From: Selaginella moellendorffii
Taxonomy: Eukaryota; Plantae; Lycopodiophyta
Assembly (NCBI RefSeq): GCF_000143415.4
Contig: NW_003314373.1
Coordinates: 310,001 to 374,000 of the forward strand
Direction: 5' to 3'
Length of the DNA stretch: 64,000 nt
Part shown: one piece after another, positions 35,682 to 47,725 of the stretch
Layout of the letters: every line of letters starts with the position of its first letter
Position numbering within the stretch: position 1 is the first letter of the stretch
Program-made: the position numbers and the translations under genes
The notes under the pieces: model-generated
What the model was told of the DNA's origin: nothing
What the model saw: only the letters and a program-made list of their open reading frames with translations
Database searches by the model: none

Positions 35682-37460
35682 ATACCATTAATATTATAAA
35701 AAAATTATTATTTATAAATTTAAAATAAAAATTAATAAAAGAATATAATCCAGAGTGTAGTATTTAAAACATATAATATAACAGATATTAAAACTATGAT
35801 TATGATACATGACTTATGACATAAAATGAAACAAACACAATATTAAGTGGTAGTATAGTTTGAAAAACAAAATATTTCCAAAATATTTTTTGAAATAAGA
35901 TAGTTAGAGATATTATAATTAAATTCATTAGTTTCAAAATAATTTACTATAGTTTCCTAGCAGCAATATCTGGTCTTCTTGGGGTTAGTTTCCAAGAAAA
36001 ATAGTTAGAGAGGAGGAATTTAAAAAACTACTCTTAAATCTTATAAGTTTTGATATGATAGTTTGATGATGATTAAACTTATACATATAAGGTAATAATT
36101 TGTTGCACATTACATGCTTTTAAGAATGTCATTGAAGTTATAATTAAAACTTGAAAACACTTTTTTCACATCATCCTCAATTTCCCATATAACCTCGTCC
36201 ATAGAATAACCATTCCACCAAACCAACAACTCCCAAATTGTCTTGCAATTTGTTTCACCAACCTTTAAAAAAAAAATTTGGTTAGATAAACTTTATTAGT
36301 ATTAATCTTTGGGACCTAAAATTCACAACATCACTAGAGTACAAACATGTTTTAAACTTGCTTACATAAAATGTTGCATATGCAACAAAATTGTAGATAA
36401 TACAATATAATATTGTAGAGACAATTTAGCACTACCCTTTTAGATATTGTTATGCATTTAATAGTTTAAGGAAAATTTTGTCACCAACTTTATATTTCTC
36501 ATAATTATGATGTGCATTAGCCAATTTCTTGTTTCATTCTTGAACTTGTCTTATGTTCAACTTTGCCACTTTCATATCCTCAAAAAAATCACAAGTATGA
36601 GGCACTTAAACTAAAGATAAAATTAAACTCATGAGAGACTTGGGCTTATAGCTATACATGACCATGAATAGAAACACGTAAATATCCAATTGATGAGTGT
36701 TATTATGAGCAATCTAAAGTCAAGGCAAATGATTCTCCCATACTCTTAATATCGAGTCAAGTTTTCCATAAAAGATTTTAGCATATATTCCAATAGCTAG
36801 TTTATAATTTTTATTTGTCCATTTGATTATGGATGTTTGCCACTAATTATACTCAGCTTATCTCTAACTTCTCAAAAATCATTTGCCAAAACTTATCCTC
36901 TCCCTTTAACCTATTTGGAAAGGGGGCAATTATTTAATGTGAGATATTTTAATGGCTATTTAATCCTTATATATCTTCTATACTTCCAAGAATTCACAAC
37001 AACAATATATCTAAACTTCATCCCATGATCACATGTGTTACATTTAGTCAAAATGTTATGATGATATATTAAGGGCAGCTTTTAGGGGTCTGAATGTGGT
37101 TGTTATACTAAACCATACGTTGGTCTTATTCATAAAATTCTTATATAAATTTATAAAAAAATTATTATATGTCAAGAATTAATACTGATAAAATTAAAAT
37201 TAAAAAAACAAAAAAAAAGTACAAATACATGTTTAGTTTTCAATATATATCTTTATATATCTTTGTCTCATTCAATATTGGATGTTTTCTATAATTTATT
37301 GCTTCTTAACTATGAATTTATCAAAACTAAATACAAGTTTTAACTGTTTCAATTGTCCATACCATTGTTTTTGTAGAACTTTAAATGCTTTTATTTATAG
37401 CATCACTACAACATTTTTTAATTAATTTAAAATCTCATAATGCTTATATTACCTTCTTCT

Positions 37461-37865
37461 CTACTGAAATACTACATCATCATAACCATCATGTGAATAA
37501 TCACCATCAAATGCCCAATTTTCCCATCCATACCAACCTTTAGTTTTAAAATGACCATTACCAATAAATGATACACCATCAAATGGTACATTATTTATTA
37601 TTTTAGAGCACTTTTCTGCTGATAGTGTATCATAATCAAAGTAAGCAAATTCATTACCTTTTCTCCATAAAATAACATTTGCTTTATAAACATTACAATT
37701 TGCAAGAGCAAATTTCATATCTGGAGCCCAATTAAAATTATCTTTTCCTTCAATGATTGTTACTGTATAAAGAAGTTATTAATTAAGGATTAAGTTCAAA
37801 ATATTATACTTACACTGATATATATTAAATAAAAATAAAAGATAGAACCAGGTATTAAAACCCAT
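37461..37865 (-). CDS. Small secreted protein, family B (GWxNWAFxG motif), copy 1; ~117 aa with a 51-bp intron (37763-37813)
   Basis: Exon 1 MGFNTWFYLLFLFNIYQ, donor GTAAGT and acceptor TACAG splice in frame to LTIIEGKDNFNWAPDMKFAL...GHFKTKGWYGWENWAFDGDYSHDGYDDVVFQ. Confidence 0.78.
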
Positions 37866-38717
37866 GAATAAAAAATATAGTAATAATATATAACTAGCTT
37901 AGTAATTTCAAGATATTTAATGTAATTTTAGGTATAAATTTATCTTTAAATAATATAAAGCTGACAATAATTACTAATACTTCCAAAAAGAATTATTTTG
38001 TTCAATAATTATAAATTTCGTCTATACTTGACATGTCAAATTTGTATTTTTTGTCACTCTAAAACAATAGTAGGCATACTACATGCCTAAAATTGTGTTA
38101 ACATTTGTAATATGTTAGCAAAATACAAATGAATGATGTTTTTTGGTTTGCTTAAGCAACGCTATAGAGGAAGTGGGGTGGTACTGGATATACCTAGAAT
38201 ATTAAACACTTTCTAAACACTTTCTAGTATATTCTAGTATTCTACCATCTTGATATTAGATTAATCTTGTGTTTATAAATTATAAACATGTTTATAATTA
38301 TAAAATTCTGATCAATTGGATTAATAAATAGGAATAACACTACTATTAAGCAAACCAAGCATTACTGCATGCAACACATAAAAAATTATTATAATTTATT
38401 ACAATTCTGAGCTTATGTATTTTAAGATGTCTCAATAATTATTATATTATATAATTATAGTTTCGAATGGATTATCTGTGAGAAATAATATGTTACTCTT
38501 TTTTAATTTAAATTCCGCTCTAATATATGTTTACTAATAACTCTCACTCCCAAAATTAAAGTAATACATGATTTCTATACTACAATTCTCATTAGATGGC
38601 AAATAAACTTCATAATAATCAATGATGCTCACTTTGATGTTTTGTGTAGAGTCATATGGATATACCATAGTATATCCATATCTTCCCAAAGCAAAAACTC
38701 CTATCACTTAAGACTAA

Positions 38718-41012
38718 TCTAGTACTATAAGCCGAACTTTGTGGGCTGCCGGATCTGGCCAATCGGTGCCATCAGATGCAGGGTAAACTGGTAAATATCG
38801 GTTTCTTACTGCACATCCTTTTGAAATATTTTTGTGAGGTTTTGGGCCGGCCAGTGGGCATGCGGCACGGCCCCGGCTGGGGGAGGAGGTGTGAGCGACA
38901 CCCGTCTGCTTGCCTGGTAAAGCTCTCTTTTTTTCACCACGGCTCCTCCCAGCCACGGGGTTTCCAGGGGAAGCGGGAGAGGGGGCACTGCTGCCCAGCA
39001 GCGACAAGGACAGGGGATCACTCAGCGATACTGCATTCCCTTTTCCAATGGAAGGAGCCCAAATCGTCAGAGCAGGATTTTGGCGACGAGCAGCTGCAAA
39101 GGCGTGGCCGGAGGCATCGACAGGGAAGCAGTGGCTAGGGATTTTGCTGGAATGGATGGCGAGCAAGGGCGTGGCAGAGCCTGGGGGTGTGGATGTGAGG
39201 CACGGGAATTCCTATTTTTGATCCAGCAGAGGATTCGCTTTCATCACGTACAAAAGTGTTGACGACCCGAGGAAAGCCATAGATGATCCCAACAAGACAA
39301 CAGTGGTAAGCTTACCCAAACATACCATGGTTTTTGCTGACGAGTCTATTCTTCCAGGGAATGCACATAATTGTAAAGTGAGCGGCAGATGGTTGGCTCC
39401 AGAGCGCGTGACGAGCAAGTGCTACATCATTGGAGTGGCTTTCTCCGGTGGTGATCGTGAAGACTGAGGAGAGCTTTCTCCACGGCGCACTCAGCAGCGA
39501 TGGACTGGTGGATATGGCTGCCAAACTCGCCGAGGGAGTGAGCAGGATGGACAGACGCTTCATGGTGATGGAGTTTCATTGGCAATCCTCACAACTTCAT
39601 TACGTCTTGGGGTCCATGAAGCTGGAAAAGAAGAAGAGTGGAAATTCGCTACTCCATGCATACGATGTTAACAAGAGCTTGGAAGACTTCCAATGCTTGG
39701 AGATGATCACAAGAGAGTTTGGAAGTTTTCAGAAGATCACAAGAGCTTCGAAGTTTTCTTTTTGCTACTGGATGATTTGATCAACCAAGAACTCTCTATT
39801 TTTACAGTTCATGCAGAAAAGTTTTTGATCTTTGGGAAAGATTCCACTCGCTGAAAACGCACTGAAAAAGTCCTCATTATAATGTAACGTGGGAGGAATG
39901 ATGAGCTGGATCCAACAGCCAGTGAGGCTCCACGTTCCCGGCATTCATACCGGGGCTAGGGTTTTCTCCTCCTGGGCCTCCACGAAAAGGTTGCATCGAA
40001 AAGGTTAGTTTTTATGCCTGTCCATACCCTTTCTATCTGCCCTAATAATTGATCTCCATTTCCAAAAGAAGCTGTTGAAAATAATGTCGCACCTTCAACA
40101 TGTATTGAATGCTATTCGACACAGACATACACATTCCACATACAATGATAACGTTGAAAACACTAACCAGCACCAGCATACATATAGCTTTTACAACAGT
40201 AATATTCAAGAGGCTACACAGTATTGACATCAAACAAATCTTAATAATCAAACTGAACAGCAGTCAATTTCCAATTCCTATTTGCCCCCTTCACCTCAGA
40301 TTCACAGCACACTTGCTAGGAATTACTTATATATTGATACATCTGTTTTGACAATGAATATAGGTCCCTTATCATATATTTGTAAGTATTGTCATGCCTC
40401 ACACTTTGCTGATGCGAACAAGTCTATTTGTTGCCAGAGTGGACAAGTCTACCTGCCTCCAATACTTCTATTACCACCTTTTCTGTATTCTATGTATAAC
40501 TCACACAAACACTCTAATTTCAAGAGTAATATAAGACAATATAATAGTGCACTTGCTTTCACATCTATGGGAGCTAGCATTGATATTTTTACGGGTCATG
40601 GTCCATACTGCTATAGAATTCATGGACAAATCTATCACAAAATTATGCCACAACATCCTTCAATACATCAAAATCCAAGTTACAGTCAATTGTACATGCT
40701 AGACTCCAATGAGGCTACTGATATCAGAAAACAAAACCCTTTTAACATTATTTGTGATTATAATTTACTACTTCAACTAGATAAGATACTCCAACATATT
40801 AATCCATATGCACAAGCTTTTAGAATGATGTATGAATTGGAATGAGAAAATATTTCAAGAACTATTACTTCTGGTAGCAATTTACGTGGAGTATATATGC
40901 TCATTAAAAATGAAGGCACAGACCATCGTTGATATAATACTCCACAAACTAATGATGTTGCATTAGTTTTCCAAAGTGAAGGTGGTGTGCCACCTTTTGA
41001 CCGTGAAATATG
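38718..41012 (+). mobile_element. Truncated, internally shorter Helitron copy
   Basis: Begins A|TCTAGTACTATAAG like the element at 45274; carries the Rep N-terminus (CKYCHA..ICCQSGQV..NIRQYNSALAFTSMG..YRIHGQIYH); cut at the duplication junction. Confidence 0.82.
39222..39390 (+). pseudogene. Captured RRM fragment (UBP1-associated protein 2c-like) inside the Helitron copy
   Basis: SRGFAFITYKSVDDPRKAIDDPNKT, then a GT-AG intron, then GMHIIVK*A; RNP1 motif RGFAFITY. Confidence 0.65.
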
Positions 41013-41036
41013 GAGAATATAGAAGAATGAATAGTA

Positions 41037-41437
41037 AAGTAAGAACAAATAAAGAAAGCAATCCAACGGATGAACAGAAGAAAACAAGATGAAAGAAATA
41101 AGAAACAAACAGCAAAATAGCAAAACAAAAAGCTATTAGAACGATGGACTATCAAGATAGAAAGAGATATGTATACATGCCAAAACTTTGATGCTATGGC
41201 TGTCGCAGTGCGCTTCACTCACAAGAGATTGAGCCGCCTTGTCGAGCTTGAGCTGATTCCTGGCTGAGATGGTAACAAATGCCCCTTGGAGGGCCCAATG
41301 CTGCTGGAAGCTCCTGTGATAAAGATGTGCTTACCCGCCAGCGATGGGATAGCCAGTTTCTTCCTCCTGCCAAATGTAAGAAATGCAAATGCCACCGCCG
41401 CTACCGCTGCCGCTCCTGCTGCCACTAGCCCCGCCAT
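41037..41437 (-). pseudogene. Truncated copy of TSC10-like exon 1 and part of intron 1
   Basis: MAGLVAAGAAAVAAVAFAFLTFGRRKKLAIPSLAGKHIFITGASSSIG followed by a frameshifting deletion; downstream exons are absent. Confidence 0.9.
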
Positions 41438-41736
41438 TGCTACACCAATTCACTCTTTTCGATTTGGGGTCTATCTTTACTTTACTGCTACACTCTTTTG
41501 ATTTTGATAAAATTGATAATTCTTGATCTTTTCGTTAAATAAAAGAATACTGATTGCTATGGAAGTTGGCCCCAAGCATGCTCTATTGTGTCTTGTTCTA
41601 GAACCCAGAATTATTGGGTTTGTCTTTTTTTTACTATAGCATTATTTTTAAAAGTTGTAATAACTAAGCATATCCTATTTTAATGCTATTTCAAAAGCCT
41701 TTATAAAGCAGATATAAACCATTTCATACTTAGAGA

Positions 41737-42189
41737 ATGACAGAGTTTGTTGTAGTTGTTTTCCTTTGTTCATTTTTACTATATTTTTTTTTAGTTGGTG
41801 GGTATTTGCTAAGTGAAGCAACTCAAGATTGTATATCAATTGGTACACAAGATCCACCTTCTCCCCAAGCATATTGTCATGTAACAAATCTGTGTAAAGC
41901 TAGGTACTTTAATAATTTTTGGGAAAATGGAGAATATACTGCCTCAGGAGGAGGAATACATGTCACAATTACTGTTAATTCTATGTATAGTAGGGCATCA
42001 ATTCAACAAGATATAGAACAAGCTTTTAATTTCATATGGACTAGATGTATAGCAGTGCTACATCAGATGGGTGGTTTTGTTTATTTGAATGATGGAAGTT
42101 TATCAGTTAATGTTCAGATTGAACGAAGAAGAGAGTTATTAAAAGATTTTGATAAAATTAAAATAACAAAAGAATGTTCATCTTTATAA
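41737..42189 (+). CDS. Small secreted Cys-containing protein, family A, copy 2
   Basis: 150-aa intact ORF, 12 amino-acid differences from copy 1, mature-region cysteines retained. Confidence 0.75.
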   Translation: MTEFVVVVFLCSFLLYFFLVGGYLLSEATQDCISIGTQDPPSPQAYCHVTNLCKARYFNNFWENGEYTASGGGIHVTITVNSMYSRASIQQDIEQAFNFIWTRCIAVLHQMGGFVYLNDGSLSVNVQIERRRELLKDFDKIKITKECSSL

Positions 42190-44211
42190 ATACCATTAAT
42201 ACTATGAGAATATATCATTAGCTAGAAATTTAAAATAAAAATTAATAAAATCATATAATCCAGAGTGTAGTGTTTAAAATAAATAATAAAACATATATTA
42301 AAACTATGATAATGAAACATGACTTATGACATAAAATGAAAAAAATAAATATTAAGTGGTAGTATAGTTTTAAAAAAACATATTTCCAAAATATTTTTTA
42401 ATATAAGATAGTTAGAGATATTATAATTAAATTCATTAGTTTCATTGTGAGAGAAATAATTTACTATACTTTCCTAGCAGCAATATCTGGTCTTCTTTGG
42501 GTTAGTTTCCAACAAAAAAAGTTAGAGAGGAGGAATTTAAAAAACTACCCCTAAATCTCATAAGTTTTGATACGATAGTTTGATGATGATTAAACTTGTA
42601 CATATAAGATAATAATTTGTTGCACATTACATGCTTTTGAGAATGTCATTGAAGTCATACCTAAAACTTGAAAACGCTCTTTTTACATCATCCTCAATTT
42701 CCCATATAACTTCGTCCATAGAATAACCATTCCACCAAACTAACAACTCCCAAATTATCTTGCAATTTGTTTCACCAACCTTTAAACAAGAATATTAGTT
42801 AGATCAACTTTATTAACATCAATCTTTGGGACCTAAAATTCACATCACTAGAGTATAAATATGTTTCAAACTTCTTTACATAAAATGTTGCATATGCAAT
42901 AAAATTGAAGATAATACAATACAATATTGTGGACCTTTTAGATATTGTTATGCATTTAATAGTTTAAGGAAAATTTTGTCAAACCAACTTTATATTTCTG
43001 ATAATGATGATGTGCATTAGCCAATTTCTTGTTTCGTTCTTGAACTTGTCTTATGTTCAACTTTGCCACTTTCATATCCTCAAAAAAATCACCAGTATAA
43101 GGCACTCAAACTAAAGCTAAATTTAAACTCATGAGAGACTTAGGCTTATAGCTATATATGACCATGAATAGAAACATGTAAATATCCAATTGATGAGTGT
43201 TATTATGAGCAATCTAGAGTAAAGGCAAGTGATTCTCCCATACTCTTAATATCAAGTCAAGTTTTTTATAAAAGTCTTTAGCATATATTCCAATAGCTAG
43301 TGTATAATTTTTATTTGTTTATTTGATTATGGATGTTTGCCACTAGTTATACTCAATTTATCTCTAACTTTTCAAAAATCATTTGCCAAAACTTATCCTC
43401 TCCCTTTAACCTATCTGGAAAAGGGGTAATTATTTAATGTGAGAGTTTTTAATGGCTACTTAATCCCTATATATCTTCTAAACTTCCAAAAATCCACAAT
43501 GACAATATATCTAAATTTCATCCCATGATCACATGTGCTACATTTAGTCAAAATGTTTGTGATGATATATTAATATCTCACAAATATGGTCCACATGTCA
43601 AAGTTCAATAGAAGTGAGATATATATGATAATTAATGTTTTTTTCAAATTTTAAAAATTGTAAAATTTTAGTATTTTTTCCAATACAAATCAATCACTGC
43701 ACTATTGTGGTAAATTCCAAATGTCTACATTTTAAAAAAACTGGAAAAAACATCAATTGCCTGATGAGTCTAAGAAAGAGAAAAGGATTGATTGATTCAG
43801 CCAGACTTAAGAAAAAACAAATTGAGGGCAGCTTTTAGGGGTTTGAATGTGGTTGTTATACTAAACAATATGTTGGTAATATTCATAAAATTCTTATATA
43901 AATTTATAAACAAAATCATTATATGTCAAGAATTAATACTGATAAAATTACAAAAAAAAACCAAAAAAGTACAAATACATGTTTAGTTTTTAATATATAT
44001 CTTTATATATCTTTGTCTTATTCAATATTGGATGTTTTCTATAATTTATTGCTTCTTAACTATGAATTTATCAAAATTAAATACAAGTTTTAACTGTTTC
44101 AATTGTCCATACCATTGTTTTTTTAGAACTTTAAATGCTTTTATTTATAACATCACTACAACATTTTTAATTAATATAAAATCTCATATAATACTTATAT
44201 TATCTTCTTCT

Positions 44212-44616
44212 CTATTGAAATATTACATCATCATAAACATCATGTGAATAATGACCATCAAATGCCCAATTTTGCCATCCATACCAACCTGTAGTTTTAA
44301 AATGACCATTACCAATAAAAGATACACCATCAAATGGTACATTATTTATTATTTTAGAGCACTTTTCTGCTGATAGTGTATCATAATCAAAGTAAGCAAA
44401 TTCATTACCTTTTCTCCATAAAATAACATTTGCTTGATAAACATTACAATTTGCAAGAGCAAATTTCATATCTGGAGCCCAATTAAAATTATCTTTTCCT
44501 TCAATGATTGTTACTGTATAAAGAAGTTATTAATTAAGGATTAAGTTCAAAATGTTATACTTACACTGATATATATTAAATAAAACTAAAAGATAGAACC
44601 AGGTATTAAAACCCAT
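44212..44616 (-). CDS. Small secreted protein, family B, copy 2; intron 44514-44564
   Basis: Same exon structure and splice sites as copy 1; intact frame. Confidence 0.78.
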
Positions 44617-45801
44617 GAATAAAAAATATAGTAATAATATATAGCTAGCTTAGTAATTTCAAGATATTTAATGTAATTTTAAGTATAAATTTATCTTTAA
44701 ATAATATAAAGCTGACAATAATTACTAATACTTCCAAAAAGAATTATTTTGTTCAATAATTATAAATTTCCTCTATACTTGACACGTCAAATTTATATTT
44801 TTTGTCACTCTAAAACAATAGTAGGCATACTACATACCTAAAATTGTGTTAACATTTGTAATATGTTAGCAAAATGCAAATGAATGATGTTTTTTGGTTT
44901 GCTTAAGCAATGCTAAAGTGGGGTGGTAGTGGATATACCTAGAATATTCCTGGATATTTTAGGATATTCTACCACTTAAGTGTTATTCATTTAGATTAAT
45001 CTTGTATTTATAATTTAAATAATTGTATTTAGAAATAATATGTTACTCTTTTTTAATTTAAATTCTGCTCTGATATATGTTTACTAATAACTCTCACTCC
45101 CAAAATTAAAGTAATACATGATTTCTATACTACAATTCTCATTAGATGGCAAATAAACTTAATAATAATCAATGATGCTCACTTTGAGGTTTTGTGTAGA
45201 GTCATATGGATATACCATAGTCTATCCATATCCTCCCAAAGCAAAAACTATCATACTTATCACTTAAGACTAATCTAGTACTATAAGGAGCAAACGCCAA
45301 ACTTTGTGGGCTGCCGGATCCAGCCAATCGGGGCCGTCCAATGGGGGGGTAACTGTTAAGGGGTTATTTCTTTAACCACGTGTTAGCAAATAATCACGCT
45401 GATGTTTGCTCCTGGCCAATGGGAGGCAGCCAAGCCATGTGTGGCGGGAGAGGAAGGCCCGACGACGCATGTCACATGCAATATGTTGACTGTTGTTGTC
45501 TGTCAAGCGAATTAGTTTTGTTTTGTATGTTTTTCTAGGGTTTATGAGACAGCGAAAGAGCCCCTGCCGCTGCTGCCAATTCACGATCCAAATCGGAGGC
45601 GCTGTGTCAACGCTGGTGTCTTTGCTCCTGAGAACCATCGCAAGTTGCTATTTGTCATTCTTCTTTCATAACTTTGGTATTCTCATACACGATGTGTCTC
45701 TGCTTTTGGCTCTTCATCGCGTTACCGTGAGGAGTTCCATCAAATCAAGGTATTTGTGGTGCGTAGAATTTGTATGATCTTCATTCTTACTCCACTGTCA
45801 G

Positions 45802-45922
45802 GAAATGGGACGAGGCAATTTAAGCTCTTAAACGCTTTGAAGCACATTCACTCGGCACAGCCTTGCTCACCTGGACGTGAAGCCTGACAACATCTACATC
45901 TGCAATTGCATCTACAAGATTC
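45802..45922 (+). pseudogene. Captured WEE1-like kinase fragment
   Basis: EMGRGN.. joined to ALKHIHS..SLAHLDVKPDNIYICNCIYKI; HLDVKPDNIY is the plant WEE1 catalytic-loop signature. Confidence 0.7.
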
Positions 45923-47725
45923 GCTCTGAGACCGTGCTGCCGAGGTAGAGGCTGCGGAGGCTATGACAACTGCAAAGTTATTACTACTGCTCGATGAGCA
46001 AGACAGGAAGCTAAACAGCACCGCTTCCACGACCAACCTCAATGGAGTTCATGTTAGCTTGGACTCCCCCGAGGTTCCTGGAACTCCACGAATCATGGAG
46101 CATAACAACAGTAGCGGCAGCCATGGGAATGGGATGAATGAAGACGTGCTAACACTGGAAGGTTGGATTTTTTTTGTTTGGATCTTCTCTGGTACTAAGC
46201 TTTCGAAATGATCGAGTAGATATGCAGCAGTTCCAGTCGAGCAATCCCTTTGGATTCATCATGGACGTGCTGGAGGGCGAAGGTGGTGATGAGAGTGAAG
46301 CTCTTCATCCACTTCCCAATGATGCTTACGTCACAGTCATATGATAGAACTTGATTACTCACTTTGGAAACTTCTAGCAGCACCAATGGGAATGGACACA
46401 ACCTTCCCGAGAGTCCATTCGCCAGCCTGCATCACAGCGAGAGCTCTTCCAACTTGCACATACCGAAAGAACACCACGATCAACCTCCATCTCTGTCAAT
46501 CGAATTTTTCAACCTTGCACCGCCACACAACAACATCATTTGCTGCATTTGTCTCAGTAAGTCCCACTCTCGCAAATTGTTGTAACAATCTAAGCTTACT
46601 TCGTTTCTTCCTGTTCTTTGTCCAGAGCACTGCGTAGAGCCATCCAAACTGGACCGCAGCCATACCTTTTGCGTGCAGTGTATCCTGAAGGTAAAAATCT
46701 CTCTTTTCTCTCTTGACTTTAAACTTTGCTCATTGTTCTCTTCATTTTCTCCAGGTTATCAAAGGATGAATGTCCAATCTGTTGACAACACATAGACAGC
46801 CAAGTATACAAAATCTTACAAAACAGGGATTTACAGTCCTAGCTCTCCCCGACAGCACTAAGTCACAGAATCCCGCAACACATATGGTAGGAAGAACAGC
46901 AACAAAACAGCGAAAAGAAGAAAATTTACCAACACCACAACACAACAAAACAATGGGAGGCGGCCAAACCGGAGAGGAAGGAGCAGCAATGCATGTCGCA
47001 TGCAAAGTGTTGATGGTGACTACACCTGCTGTCTCTCCTGTCGAGTGAAAATGCCCAATGACATGGCAAAAATTAAGCAAGGCTTTGGACCAACGGCTGT
47101 GATTAACCCAAACTTAATCAATTGCTTCATTCAGGATCTCTCTCTCCGATAGCAGCGGCAGCTAGCAATTCTAATAAGGGGTCTCAAAACCATGTAGATT
47201 AAAATTACCAGCCATCGCCAGATGATGTTTCTTTGCAGCAGCAACCAGTTCTAAGTGATTTAGAGATGGGTGGAGAGAGCAGTGAACTAGGTTTGTGTTT
47301 ATCTTGATAAGGCAAAATTTAATCACTTTTCTTTCCAGGATCTAAGCGCCTTACACATCTTAGTGCTTCAAGTACTTTGTCTATTCCAATACAATGCTTT
47401 ACAGCTTGAGGAATAGGTGTACAAGAAAATTTCAAACAACCGTTACATTTTCAAAGTCCCTTTGCTAGTTTAGCAGGTATTGGCACTTGGCTTTTTTGCT
47501 TTTTAAACCTTATTTATGGCCAGATCCAGGCGTTCAGACACAGACTTCCAGCCAAGTGCCCCGTGCGATTGTAGGAGGTACTGCTCAATTTTAGAATGCT
47601 TTTTTTTAGTTATGGGTTAATAATGGGATTTTTTAGCTAAACGCAAGTTATATAGCATTCTAGACCCTGACATATGGAATCTAATTGCTTCCTCTGAGGA
47701 AACACAATATACATGTGTTCATATT

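Larger units (their letters stand above)
34510..41012. repeat. Tandem segmental duplication, copy A (copy B starts ~41037 and runs into the full Helitron)
   Basis: 34510-38775 is collinear and nearly identical to 41037-45335; 38775-41012 matches 49405-52122, with a different insert at 39240-39495. Confidence 0.92.

Noticed and set aside
38714-39221. GC-rich overlapping ORFs here and at 49366-49945
   Set aside because: Frames are not conserved between the two copies; non-coding Helitron internal sequence
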